Shown here: one piece after another, positions 39,735-49,823 of the stretch | How positions within the stretch are numbered: position 1 is the stretch's first letter | Layout of the letters: each line of letters opens with the position of its first letter | Origin: Candidatus Latescibacterota bacterium | Lineage (GTDB): Bacteria; Latescibacterota; CBDEFO01 | Assembly (NCBI GenBank): GCA_965237525.1 | Contig: CBDEFO010000004.1 | Coordinates: 320,001-384,000 of the forward strand | Direction: 5' to 3' | Length of the DNA stretch: 64,000 bases | Program-made: the position numbers and the translations under genes | The notes under the pieces: generated by a model | What the model was told of the DNA's origin: nothing | The model's input: the letters and a program-made list of their open reading frames with translations, nothing else | The model's database searches: none

Positions 39735-41477
39735 ATGGGCGACGATACATCAGCTATAGATAAGATAAACTCCCGATTTTCCGGCGCTCTGATTGAAGTC
39801 GAAGATTTCAGGGATGAGACCACGTTAAACATAAAAAAACAGAGATCCTTCGACCTCCTCAAATTCCTCAAGGAAGACCCCGACCTTCAGTATGACTATC
39901 TAGTGGACCTCTCCTGCGTAGACTACCTCGCGATGGACAGACATCCAAGGTTCTCCGTGGTCTATCATCTCTACTCCTACAAAACAGGACAGAGGCTCAG
40001 AGTTAAAGTTCCCGTTGAAGAATCTGACCCCACTCTTGACTCAGTTTTGCCTATATGGATGGGGGCAATCTGGACTGAAAGGGAAGTCTATGACATGTTC
40101 GGGATCAAGTTCAATGGACATCCGGACTTAAGAAGGATACTGATGCCCTCAGACTTTGAGGGCTATCCTCTAAGAAAGGACTATCCCTTAAGAGGCAGGG
40201 GGGAAAGGGACAGGATAGGCAATCCCGATCCCGGATTTGAGGAGATCTCAATGTCCACAGTCGAAAAAATAGCAGGCGAATCGGAGAACGAAGGCGACAG
40301 GCTCTCCGGTGAGAGGATGGTGTTGAACTTCGGACCGCAGCATCCGGCCACCCATGGGACTTTGAGGCTCGTCCTCGAACTGGACGGCGAAAGGGTGGTC
40401 AACGTTATACCCGACATAGGCTACCTCCACACGGGGTTCGAAAAGCTCGGCGAAAACCTCGACTACAACCAGTTCATCACCTTGACGGACAGGATGAACT
40501 ACATGTCTCCCCTATCCAATAACATCGGATATGCGATAGCTGTGGAGAAACTCTTGGGCATCGAGGTGCCCAAAAGAGCCCAATACATCAGAGTCATCCT
40601 CTATGAACTTTCCAGAATATCCGATCACGTAGTATGGCTCGGAACGGCGGCTCTGGATCTGGGGGCGTTTACGGCCTTTCTGTGGGCCTTCAAAGAGAGA
40701 GAAAAGCTCTACGATATCTTTGATGCCGTTACAGGCACGAGGCTGACCACAAGCTATACGAGAGTCGGAGGGCTATTTGAGGACGTCCCTGAGAACTTCA
40801 AGGATATGGTCGAAGACTTCACAAGACACTTTCCGAAGAGACTCAAAGATATAGATGACCTTTTGACCAAAAATAGAATATGGATCGACAGGACAAAGGG
40901 CATAGGCGTAATCTCAGCCGAAGACGCAATATCCTACAGCCTTACAGGACCCATTCTCAGAGGATCGGGCGTTGAATGGGATATAAGAAAAGCCGAACCC
41001 TATTCTTCTTACGAGGAATTTGAATTTGAGATCCCCACAGGCGACAACGGCGACGCCTACGACCGCTACCTTGTCAGGATGGAGGAGATGATCCAGAGCA
41101 ACAACATAGTAAAACAGGCTATGGAGAATCTACCCGACGGACCAGTCAAAGTACCGGACGCGAAAGTCATACTCCCCGAAAAGGATGAGGTCTATAACAG
41201 GATGGAATCGCTCATTCACCACTTCAAACTTATAATGACAGGGCACGGGATAGAGCCCCCCAAAGCTGAGATCTACTCCAGCACGGAATCTCCCAACGGC
41301 GAACTCGGGTTCTACATAGTCAGCGACGGGAGCGGATTCCCCTACAGAGTAAGAGTAAGACCCCCGTCCTTTATCAACTATCAAGCCTTCCCTCATATGA
41401 TCAAAGGACATATGTACTCAGACATCGTGGCTGTCCTTGGGAGTCTCAACATCATCGCAGGAGAGCTCGATAGATGA
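39735..41477 (+). CDS. nuoCD: NADH-quinone oxidoreductase fused subunit C/D
   Basis: EREVYDMFGI..GHPDLRRIL (C); NFGPQHPATHG, GYLHTGFEK, GELDR (D). Confidence 0.95.
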   Translation: MGDDTSAIDKINSRFSGALIEVEDFRDETTLNIKKQRSFDLLKFLKEDPDLQYDYLVDLSCVDYLAMDRHPRFSVVYHLYSYKTGQRLRVKVPVEESDPTLDSVLPIWMGAIWTEREVYDMFGIKFNGHPDLRRILMPSDFEGYPLRKDYPLRGRGERDRIGNPDPGFEEISMSTVEKIAGESENEGDRLSGERMVLNFGPQHPATHGTLRLVLELDGERVVNVIPDIGYLHTGFEKLGENLDYNQFITLTDRMNYMSPLSNNIGYAIAVEKLLGIEVPKRAQYIRVILYELSRISDHVVWLGTAALDLGAFTAFLWAFKEREKLYDIFDAVTGTRLTTSYTRVGGLFEDVPENFKDMVEDFTRHFPKRLKDIDDLLTKNRIWIDRTKGIGVISAEDAISYSLTGPILRGSGVEWDIRKAEPYSSYEEFEFEIPTGDNGDAYDRYLVRMEEMIQSNNIVKQAMENLPDGPVKVPDAKVILPEKDEVYNRMESLIHHFKLIMTGHGIEPPKAEIYSSTESPNGELGFYIVSDGSGFPYRVRVRPPSFINYQAFPHMIKGHMYSDIVAVLGSLNIIAGELDR

Positions 41478-41959
41478 TGCAGAACAGAGTGGATATCTCC
41501 AAGGAAGCTGAGGAATATCTGCAAAAGATAATATCCAGATACCCCGACAAACAGGCCGCTATGATCCCCGTCCTCCATGTTGTGCAAAATGAAATGGGTG
41601 GCTACCTTACCGTAGACACTCAAAAGTACGTCGCCGATCTTTTAGAGATACCTCCTGTGAGGGTCGCTGCGGTGGTGAGCTTCTATCCTATGCTTAAAAC
41701 GAAGCCCGTGGGTAAATATCATATAAGAGTGTGCAGCACATTAAGCTGTGCGCTTACAGGATCGAGGACATTAGTTCAACATCTGAAAGAGAAACTCAGA
41801 GTGGAGATCAGTGAGGTGACTGGTGATAAGAGGTTCTCGATAGAAAAAGTGGAATGCCTTGCCTCCTGCGGGACCGCCCCGGTGATGCTGGTAAACGAAG
41901 ACCTGTACCAGAATCTGACGGACGAGAACGTGGACGGGATTCTGGATAAATTGGAATGA
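41474..41959 (+). CDS. nuoE: NADH-quinone oxidoreductase subunit E
   Basis: CxxxxC ... CLASC [2Fe-2S] ligands. Confidence 0.92.
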   Translation: MMQNRVDISKEAEEYLQKIISRYPDKQAAMIPVLHVVQNEMGGYLTVDTQKYVADLLEIPPVRVAAVVSFYPMLKTKPVGKYHIRVCSTLSCALTGSRTLVQHLKEKLRVEISEVTGDKRFSIEKVECLASCGTAPVMLVNEDLYQNLTDENVDGILDKLE

Positions 41960-42179
41960 GAAAGATAGACAGCAAACGCCGAGAGGCAGTCTGACTGAGA
42001 TTGGTCTGCTCGCAATAGCAGTTCAGGAGAATCGCAATGACATTGTTTTGTTCTCGGCTTCTGTCATTGCGAGGGGCAGACCCCCAAAGCAATCCCCGAC
42101 CCCCGATTGAATCTATCAGGGGTTCAATCGAGGGCAATCTCAAGGGAAGAGAGGCAGTGCGCCCTCCCTACTGGTTACT

Positions 42180-43481
42180 GGTTATTTATCAAATGAAATC
42201 GGTGCACTTCTCTTTCGATCTTTGATTGATCTTGAATGATAGGTTTTCGACAATCTTTGGTTTCTGTTCTTTTTCAAAATGGATGTATAATTGTTCTTCT
42301 TTTAGGTTCCATTCAGCCAGGACAAAGTAGTTGGTGTAAGAGGAGGGAAGAGATACTTTCTCATTTAGGACATCGATAAAGGCTTTATCTGTCTGTTCTG
42401 TGTCCTGTTTGACTTGTCTGATAAAATAGGTCTTGGGAATGAAATCTTTCTCGTTTGACTTCTCTTGCTTAGGTGGACGGTAGCCGGTGTATCTCTGTGA
42501 TGAAAGATTAAACCATTCTAACTTCTGATCAACTTCTTGTAAGCTTTTGAACTGAATTCTGTTCCAGAACTTCCTTGAAAATACAGAATTGTTGCCTTCT
42601 ATAGATGCTTGAGAAAAGGGCCTTCTGGGAACGGCAAATATCGGAATCACTTGATTTTTCAAGAGAAACTGCATTGCTTTGCTGACATTCCTTTTACCTG
42701 AAACACTGCCAATAGTCGCCGAGCAATTGTCCACCTTAACGAAATCTGGTTTTTCAAACCTGTCAAAGAAAGACTGACACTTCTCGATAAAGTTAGTTGC
42801 TGTTTGACCGTCAACCCGCCGAAAATACCTTAACTTAGGCTCTTTCTTAAAGGAAAATCCAACGAAGTTGACCGGCTCAGTTCTGCCGGTAAGATACTTT
42901 TTACCAATAAAGTCTGATTCTAGGACTCTGCCTCCTGAAAGATAGTAAATGGTATACTCTGGATAACAAAGATAACGAGATGCACCCTTGTTTTTACCTT
43001 TCTTCCTTCTCTGGGAAAGTCCTAAATCTGAAAGCATTCTGCCGATAGTCGGCAACGACGGAGGAGGGGTGCTAGAATATCGATTCCTCCATTCTTGTTC
43101 AATAACAGTGGCTCCTGAATAGAACTGATAAGGATCGTCCTCTAAGCTATGGTAAATCTCTTTGATTCTCTGTTCGTCAACTTTAGCCAATTTTCGCCTT
43201 TTTCCTTTTGGCCAACCCCGATTATCCATGGCAAAATCCTGATCCGGAGATTTAGTCCAAGCCGTAACGAAATCATTGGAAACTCTCGCTTGTTTGATAA
43301 CTTCTCGCTTTGACATTTCTTTCTTAAAATACATCTCGTTGACTTCTTGTCTTAATACGGCCAATCTCTCTTTGTCCATAGGACTCCGTAGATTAAAGTT
43401 AAGACAATCAACTCAACTTAATCTACTAATACTCTAAACAAAGATCAAATTAGGTGCACCGATTTCATTTGATATTCAACC
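42180..43481 (-). mobile_element. IS element A, copy 3 (1302 bp, both TIRs, no matching TSD)
   Basis: Same TIRs as copy 2. Flanks GTTACT / GGTAAT. Confidence 0.92.
42189..43379 (-). CDS. 396-aa DDE transposase
   Basis: One aa different from copy 1 (KSPD). Confidence 0.8.
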   Translation of the reverse strand: MDKERLAVLRQEVNEMYFKKEMSKREVIKQARVSNDFVTAWTKSPDQDFAMDNRGWPKGKRRKLAKVDEQRIKEIYHSLEDDPYQFYSGATVIEQEWRNRYSSTPPPSLPTIGRMLSDLGLSQRRKKGKNKGASRYLCYPEYTIYYLSGGRVLESDFIGKKYLTGRTEPVNFVGFSFKKEPKLRYFRRVDGQTATNFIEKCQSFFDRFEKPDFVKVDNCSATIGSVSGKRNVSKAMQFLLKNQVIPIFAVPRRPFSQASIEGNNSVFSRKFWNRIQFKSLQEVDQKLEWFNLSSQRYTGYRPPKQEKSNEKDFIPKTYFIRQVKQDTEQTDKAFIDVLNEKVSLPSSYTNYFVLAEWNLKEEQLYIHFEKEQKPKIVENLSFKINQRSKEKCTDFI

Positions 43482-43500
43482 GGTAATATTTACTTTTTTA

Positions 43501-44808
43501 GTGCATATGCCAGAAAAGAGAATTCTTCTCAAAGATTTTGACGTCCCCAACATACAGGATATAGACGTCTATATAGAGCACGGCGGATACAAAGCCCTCG
43601 AAAAGGCTTTGAGCAAGATGACCCCCGACCAGGTCATAGAGGAAGTGGATAGATCTAAGCTCAAAGGGAGAGGCGGCGCCTGGTTTGCGACCGGCTTAAA
43701 ATGGAATTTTATGCCCAAAGAGCCCAAGGTCCCCTCGTATCTGTGTGTAAATGCGGACGAGAGCGAACCGGGGTCGTTCAAGGACCGAGTCCTTATGGAG
43801 GGCGATCCTCACCTTACTATCGAAGGCTCAATAATCGCATCCTACGCTATGAGGGTCAGCACCTGCTACTACTATATACGCGGGGAGATGTTCAACACGA
43901 TAGAGCTGATAGAAAAGTGCATAGAAGAGGCCTACGAGAGGGGATTTCTCGGCAAGAATATCTTTGACACGGATTACAGCTTGGATATGTACGTCCATCT
44001 CGGAGCAGGGGCGTACATCTGCGGCGAGGAGACGGGGCTTATGGAGTCTTTAGAGGGGAAAAGGCCATACCCACGAATAAAACCCCCATTTCCAGCCCAA
44101 CGGGGCATATTCGGATGTCCCACCACGGTGAACAATGTGATGACTCTGGCCTATGTACCTCACATAGTCAATAACGGAGCAGATTGGTTCAGGGGAATCG
44201 GTGCACAAGAGACGCCAGGGACATCTGTGTTCTGTGTAAGTGGGCATGTAAAGAGACCGGGGATATACGAGCTTGAGATGGGCACTCCTCTAAGGGAGAT
44301 AATCTACGGCTACGCCGGCGGTATAAGGGACGGGCATGAACTGAAAGCTGTCCTGCCTGGGGGATCTTCCTATCCGCCTTTGGGACCCGATGATCTGGAT
44401 GTGGAGATGACGCCGGAGTCCTTTTCGCTGGGTGGTGGGTCTGTGATGAGCCACATCGGGACGGGTGCAGTTATAGTGATGGACGAGACGGTCTGTATGG
44501 TGGACGCTCTTTTGAACATTATGAAGTTTTATGCTCACGAGTCATGCGGTCAGTGTACTCCGTGCAGAGAAGGTGCGCCCTGGATAAGAAACATAGCTGA
44601 GAGAATCGAAAAGGGAAAGGGCCGGATGGAAGATATGGATTTAATAGTCGATGTAGCGGAAAACGTATGCGGATTTATGAAGCTCCCCTTCACAACGGTC
44701 TGCGCTTTCGGAGCGGCGTTTGCCTGGCCTTCGGCTGGATTTATCCTCAAGTTCAAAGACGAGTTCCAAGAGCACGTAAAACTGGGCAAGTGCCCCTTTA
44801 ATAATTAG
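43501..44808 (+). CDS. nuoF: NADH-quinone oxidoreductase subunit F
   Basis: GRGGA, NADESEPG, GAGAYICGEET, ESCGQCTPCREG. Confidence 0.95.
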   Translation: MHMPEKRILLKDFDVPNIQDIDVYIEHGGYKALEKALSKMTPDQVIEEVDRSKLKGRGGAWFATGLKWNFMPKEPKVPSYLCVNADESEPGSFKDRVLMEGDPHLTIEGSIIASYAMRVSTCYYYIRGEMFNTIELIEKCIEEAYERGFLGKNIFDTDYSLDMYVHLGAGAYICGEETGLMESLEGKRPYPRIKPPFPAQRGIFGCPTTVNNVMTLAYVPHIVNNGADWFRGIGAQETPGTSVFCVSGHVKRPGIYELEMGTPLREIIYGYAGGIRDGHELKAVLPGGSSYPPLGPDDLDVEMTPESFSLGGGSVMSHIGTGAVIVMDETVCMVDALLNIMKFYAHESCGQCTPCREGAPWIRNIAERIEKGKGRMEDMDLIVDVAENVCGFMKLPFTTVCAFGAAFAWPSAGFILKFKDEFQEHVKLGKCPFNN

Positions 44809-44961
44809 TCAGGAAACACGGCACATTCTCCCATCCAAGAACAGACAGTAGGTACGAACCGTGTGCGGTGGGTCAGACATTCCTGTCTGACACGCCCGAT
44901 TTATGCATATGTCAGGACAGACACGCGGGCCTACCTGCACAGTGTTTGCGCATTCGGCAAA

Positions 44962-45477
44962 ATGATCAAGGCAATATTTTTCGACTTCGGAGATACATTG
45001 ATGGCCGAGGATGACACCGGCCTATCGATATGGCAAAAGGATGTCTTCTTGAAGGTAGAGGGCGCAGACGAGCTTATCGAATACCTGTCAGGAAGATATA
45101 GACTCGCCCTTGTGACCAACACGATCACATCTCGTGAACCCGATATACAAAGAGCGCTTGAGATAATGGGTTGGAAGGATAAGTTTGAAGCCGTGATAAC
45201 GTCTGTGGACGTAGGTTCTGACAAGCCCCACCCGGGGATATTCCAAGTCGCATTGGATCGCCTTACATTAGAGCCGTCCGAAGTCGTAATGATCGGAGAT
45301 AGGGTGGATACGGACATCGTGGGAGCCAAGCGATACGGCATCAAATGTATATTGCACAGGTGGAACGACCGGTTCCCTATAGACGCTGCTGGCCCCGAAG
45401 CAGAGCCGACGACAAAGGTCACTTCTCTATATGAAGTCCCCAAGGCCTTGAGGCAAATTGAGGAGATGGAACCCTGA
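44962..45477 (+). CDS. HAD-superfamily hydrolase
   Basis: IFFDFGDTL, VTN, KPHP, IGDRVDTD. Confidence 0.88.
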   Translation: MIKAIFFDFGDTLMAEDDTGLSIWQKDVFLKVEGADELIEYLSGRYRLALVTNTITSREPDIQRALEIMGWKDKFEAVITSVDVGSDKPHPGIFQVALDRLTLEPSEVVMIGDRVDTDIVGAKRYGIKCILHRWNDRFPIDAAGPEAEPTTKVTSLYEVPKALRQIEEMEP

Positions 45478-45485
45478 TAATAGAG

Positions 45486-46511
45486 TTGATAATTGTACTC
45501 GTGAAGATAGTAGTAGTGCTGGGAGCTATACTTACTACAGTTGCTTATTTGTCACTTGCCGAACGGAGGATAAGCGGCTTCATGCAGGACAGGCTCGGTC
45601 CCAACAGGGTGGGTCCATTCGGATTATTACAGCCGATTGCCGACGGACTCAAGTTCCTCTTTAAAGAGGACATAATCCCGAATCACGTGGACAGAGTAAT
45701 ATACGTTATGGCTCCTGCGGTGGTCTTGATCCCCGCTCTTATAACATTTGCCGTCATACCTTTCGGGGATACTCTCCCCCTGCTCGGAAGAGACATAAAG
45801 CTTCAAATCGCCGATATAAACGTAGGCATTCTCTATATACTGGCTATCACCTCGCTGGGAGTCTATGGGATCGTGCTGGGAGGATGGGCGTCCAACAACA
45901 AATATTCCCTTTTGGGCGGGCTGCGTGCTTCTGCGCAGATGATAAGCTATGAGCTTGCCCTGGGGCTTTCTATAGTTGGCGTCCTTATGATGACGGGGTC
46001 TTTGAGGCTCAATGACGTGGTGGAATTCCAATCGGGGTATTGGGGCCTCATCCCGAAATGGAACGTCTTGACACAACCTTTGGGTTTTGTGCTGTTTATG
46101 ATCGCAGCGTTCGCCGAGACTAATAGATTGCCCTTTGACCTCGCTGAAGCGGAGCAGGAGCTCGTGGCAGGATATCACACTGAGTACAGCAGCATGAAGT
46201 TCACTATGTTCTATATGGCCGAATACGCAAATATGGTCACATCATCTGCCCTTATAGTCACACTCTTCTTTGGAGGGTGGAACGTGCCCTGGATCATATC
46301 CCCTGACTCGACATCACTTCTGCCAAGCATTCTGAAGCTCTTGTCATTCGTAATCAAAACAGGATTCTTTCTTTTCCTGTTTATCTGGGTGCGGTGGACG
46401 CTGCCCAGATTTAGATACGACCAGTTGATGCACCTTGGATGGAAAGTATTTCTTCCGCTGGCTCTGCTTAATATATTTGTGACGGGAACCGTCATAATGT
46501 TGATCTCGTAA
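45486..46511 (+). CDS. nuoH: NADH-quinone oxidoreductase subunit H
   Basis: ERRI..QDRLGPNRVG, QPIADGLK, ETNRLPFDL, PRFRYDQLM. Start uncertain (CTG 45474 or TTG 45486). Confidence 0.95.
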   Translation: MIIVLVKIVVVLGAILTTVAYLSLAERRISGFMQDRLGPNRVGPFGLLQPIADGLKFLFKEDIIPNHVDRVIYVMAPAVVLIPALITFAVIPFGDTLPLLGRDIKLQIADINVGILYILAITSLGVYGIVLGGWASNNKYSLLGGLRASAQMISYELALGLSIVGVLMMTGSLRLNDVVEFQSGYWGLIPKWNVLTQPLGFVLFMIAAFAETNRLPFDLAEAEQELVAGYHTEYSSMKFTMFYMAEYANMVTSSALIVTLFFGGWNVPWIISPDSTSLLPSILKLLSFVIKTGFFLFLFIWVRWTLPRFRYDQLMHLGWKVFLPLALLNIFVTGTVIMLIS

Positions 46512-46513
46512 AG

Positions 46514-47263
46514 GTGATGGAAACACTTCTTTTTTTCATCTTCGCAACGATAGCCCTCATTTCCGCCCTTTTTGTCGTAATATTCCGAAATCCCCTATAC
46601 AGCGCCCTTTCATTAGTTGTGACCTTCTTTTTTATGGCGGGATTGTTTCTGCTTTTAGGGGCAGAGCTAATAGCGGCTGTGCAGGTCCTTGTCTACGCCG
46701 GGGCGATAATGGTGCTCTTTCTATTTGTTATCATGCTCCTCAATTTAGGTCGTCCAGACGCAGGCAGAGAAAGACTCAAATACGGTTCCTTGGTCGGAAT
46801 AGGACTCGCCGTCCTTTTAATAGCCGAATTCCGGAGCGTCGCACAATGGGCGTCGCCCCTAGAAGATCTGGAGACTACGATTCCTCCTTCGGAGATCGGA
46901 CAAGAGCTCATGTCTTTGAGCCCCGATGTTCCTTTCAACGAGGCCCTTACGATAATAGAGAAGGTAGCAAGCATTCCAATCACTGATCCTAAAGCTCGTA
47001 CTACTCCCATAGGAATAGAGATAGAGAATCTCCCCTGGGCGCGTGCTCTTCAACTGATCGTCAACGCCAACAATCTGATATTTGTACGGTGGGAAAACTA
47101 TATCGAGATAACAGGAATCGGAACGGCTGAAACTATGGGCAAGCTCCTCTTTACGGACTATCTACTGCCGTTCGAGGTGGCATCCATGATCCTGCTGGTA
47201 GCACTCATCGGAGCTGTAGTCCTTGCAAAGCGCGAGCGCCCATCGGGGAAGGAGGTAAAATGA
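46514..47263 (+). CDS. nuoJ: NADH-quinone oxidoreductase subunit J with a ~70-aa inserted domain
   Basis: [20 protein letters not shown] and [20 protein letters not shown]. 249 aa. Confidence 0.92.
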   Translation: MMETLLFFIFATIALISALFVVIFRNPLYSALSLVVTFFFMAGLFLLLGAELIAAVQVLVYAGAIMVLFLFVIMLLNLGRPDAGRERLKYGSLVGIGLAVLLIAEFRSVAQWASPLEDLETTIPPSEIGQELMSLSPDVPFNEALTIIEKVASIPITDPKARTTPIGIEIENLPWARALQLIVNANNLIFVRWENYIEITGIGTAETMGKLLFTDYLLPFEVASMILLVALIGAVVLAKRERPSGKEVK

Positions 47264-47562
47264 TACCGCTTTCCTATTATCTTCTCCTTTCAGGCGTGCT
47301 CTTTTCAATTGGAGTAATCGGTGTCCTAACGAGAAGAAACGCAATAGTAATATTTATGTGTGTGGAGTTGATGTTGAACTCAGCAAATTTGGCCTTTATA
47401 GCGTTTTCTAAATATCTGAACTCACCTTCTGGACAGGTCTTTGTATTCTTTATAATGACCGTCGCAGCCGCAGAAGTGGCCGTCGGACTCGCCATTATTA
47501 TAGCTATATATAGAAATAAAGAGACGGTAAACGTGGATAAGATAAATCTGATGAAATGGTAA
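47260..47562 (+). CDS. nuoK: NADH-quinone oxidoreductase subunit K
   Basis: [21 protein letters not shown]. Confidence 0.96.
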   Translation: MIPLSYYLLLSGVLFSIGVIGVLTRRNAIVIFMCVELMLNSANLAFIAFSKYLNSPSGQVFVFFIMTVAAAEVAVGLAIIIAIYRNKETVNVDKINLMKW

Positions 47563-47566
47563 AACA

Positions 47567-47622
47567 AGTAGACAGCAAACAGTAGACAGGGGCACCTCCT
47601 CCCTTCCCTGTATTCTGTCTAC
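47567..47622. repeat. AGTAGAC-heptamer intergenic repeat element (representative copy)
   Basis: AGTAGACAG..AGTAGACAGGGGCACC.CCTCCCTTCCCTGTAT.CTGTCTACT. Relatives near 11550, 14846, 20370, 28700-28830, 36376, 39649, 42140, 53135-53283, 54724 and 59418. Confidence 0.85.
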
Positions 47623-47641
47623 TATTTAAGGGTAGCGTGAG

Positions 47642-49516
47642 ATGACCTTAATCCTATTGATAATCTTATTTCCCCTATCTGGCGTTCTTATAAACGGACT
47701 CTTCGGGAGTAAACTCAGGGAAAAGAGCGCGTATATTGCCAACGTAGCCATCGGCCTCTCCTGGGTCTGTTCAATTCTAGCCTTTCTTGACGTGATTAAA
47801 GGAAAAGGCGTTGATAACGATCTCTATAGTTGGATAGCTGCAGGCGGCTTTGAAGCCACAGTCGGATTCAAGCTGGACGAGCTTTCGGCCATAATGATCC
47901 TTGTGGTTACCACTGTGAGTTTATGCATACACATCTATTCGATAGGCTACATGCGCGGGGACAGGGGATACGCAAGATACTTTACATATCTGAATCTGTT
48001 TGTCTTTTCGATGCTCGTTTTAGTGCTTGCCAACAACTACCTTTTGATGTTCGTGGGATGGGAGGCTGTAGGACTCTGTTCGTATCTGCTCATAGGATTT
48101 TGGTACGAGAAAAAGTCCGCCTCCGACGCGGGCAAAAAGGCATTTATAGTCAACAGGATCGGCGACTTCGGTTTTATTCTTGGGCTCTTTTTGATATTTA
48201 TGCACCTCGGGACGCTGAAATTCGTGGACGTCTTTTCCACAGCTCCGACGGAACTCTCACAAGGAGTTGCCACTGCCATAACTCTGCTACTCTTTATGGG
48301 CGCAGTCGGCAAGTCGGCTCAGTTTCCGCTTTACGTATGGCTGCCCGATGCGATGGAAGGTCCAACGCCCGTAAGTTCGCTCATACACGCCGCCACGATG
48401 GTCACAGCGGGAGTCTATATGGTCGCCCGTTCTTACGTCCTGTATGAACTGGCGCCCTTGTCTATGGAAGTAGTGGCCCTAATAGGCGCATTCACCGCGA
48501 TATTCGCAGCGACTATCGCTCTGACAAGTAATGACATAAAGAGGATCTTGGCCTACTCCACGGTCAGCCAATTGGGGTATATGTTCATCGCTGTGGGGAT
48601 AGGAGCATACTCCGTCGGGATATTCCACCTTATGACGCACGCCTTTTTCAAGGGACTCATGTTCCTGACAGCAGGAAGCGTGATGCACGCTATGTCGGAC
48701 GAACTGGACATGAGAAAGATGGGCGGCCTCTATTCAAAGATGAAGATTACAGCCTGGACTTTCATAATAGGTGCGCTTGCGATCTCGGGGATTCCTCCCT
48801 TGAGCGGATTCTGGAGCAAGGACGAGATCCTATCGAAGGCGTACTCCACAGGCAATATAGTGATATGGGTGATAGGTGCGGCTACAGCGTTTCTCACAGC
48901 GTTGTACATGTTCCGCCTCATATTTATAACCTTCTTCGGAGCGTCCAGAGTAGAACCTGAGGTTGAACCACACGTCCACGAGTCGCCTCGTATTATGACA
49001 ATCCCTCTCGTCATTCTCGCTATATTTTCGGTCACAGCCGGATGGGTTGGAATCGGAGAACACAGCCCATTTCACAGTTTTCTCGGAAGGGCAATAGAAC
49101 CTCGAGTCGAAGTTGAAGCTCAATTAGCCACACTTTCTGAAGGGGCACTTATTGCAATATCGGTTCTCCTTGCACTTGCGGGAATAGGTCTGGCATACAT
49201 AATCTATATCAAACGCTATATCAAGCCGGAGGAGATCGCCGATAGAGCGGGAGATCTGTATAGCCTTGTGGCCAACAAATACTATGTGGACGAGATATAC
49301 GATGCGCTCATCATCGCTCCTTTCAGGGGACTTGCGACCTTCCTTGCTAATGCATTCGACGTGTGGATAATAGACGGCATCGTGGATGGAGTTGGTCTCT
49401 TTGTAAGAGGCTCCAGCGCTGTCCTGAGGCGAATGCAGTCGGGCTATATACAAAACTACGCCCTCGCCGTGGTCCTGGGAACAGTCGTAATGCTCGGATA
49501 CTACTTTCTGAGGTAG
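47642..49516 (+). CDS. nuoL: NADH-quinone oxidoreductase subunit L
   Basis: GKSAQFPL..WLPDAMEGPTPVS, HAFFK, SKDEIL. Confidence 0.96.
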   Translation: MTLILLIILFPLSGVLINGLFGSKLREKSAYIANVAIGLSWVCSILAFLDVIKGKGVDNDLYSWIAAGGFEATVGFKLDELSAIMILVVTTVSLCIHIYSIGYMRGDRGYARYFTYLNLFVFSMLVLVLANNYLLMFVGWEAVGLCSYLLIGFWYEKKSASDAGKKAFIVNRIGDFGFILGLFLIFMHLGTLKFVDVFSTAPTELSQGVATAITLLLFMGAVGKSAQFPLYVWLPDAMEGPTPVSSLIHAATMVTAGVYMVARSYVLYELAPLSMEVVALIGAFTAIFAATIALTSNDIKRILAYSTVSQLGYMFIAVGIGAYSVGIFHLMTHAFFKGLMFLTAGSVMHAMSDELDMRKMGGLYSKMKITAWTFIIGALAISGIPPLSGFWSKDEILSKAYSTGNIVIWVIGAATAFLTALYMFRLIFITFFGASRVEPEVEPHVHESPRIMTIPLVILAIFSVTAGWVGIGEHSPFHSFLGRAIEPRVEVEAQLATLSEGALIAISVLLALAGIGLAYIIYIKRYIKPEEIADRAGDLYSLVANKYYVDEIYDALIIAPFRGLATFLANAFDVWIIDGIVDGVGLFVRGSSAVLRRMQSGYIQNYALAVVLGTVVMLGYYFLR

Positions 49517-49823
49517 GTAGGGCATAACAGGCATACACTAGCCCCCGATAGATTCAATCGGGGGCAGAAAGTTGGGAGAAATGAGAATACCTCTAAAAGT
49601 TGCTATCTTCCTAAGTAACGTGTCTTTTGTGTATAGCTCCTGTCTATGCACAGGAATCATCTAAATACACGCTCGATGACGTGAGGGAGAAGTTGAGGGA
49701 TATGGACAAACGCATAGATGAGCGTCTAACCGCACTGGAAGAACGCATGGTCAGCCTAGAATCGAGGAGCTCAAACCTTGAAGGGGGATTAGCACAGATT
49801 GAAAAAAGAGTGGATGATATTAG

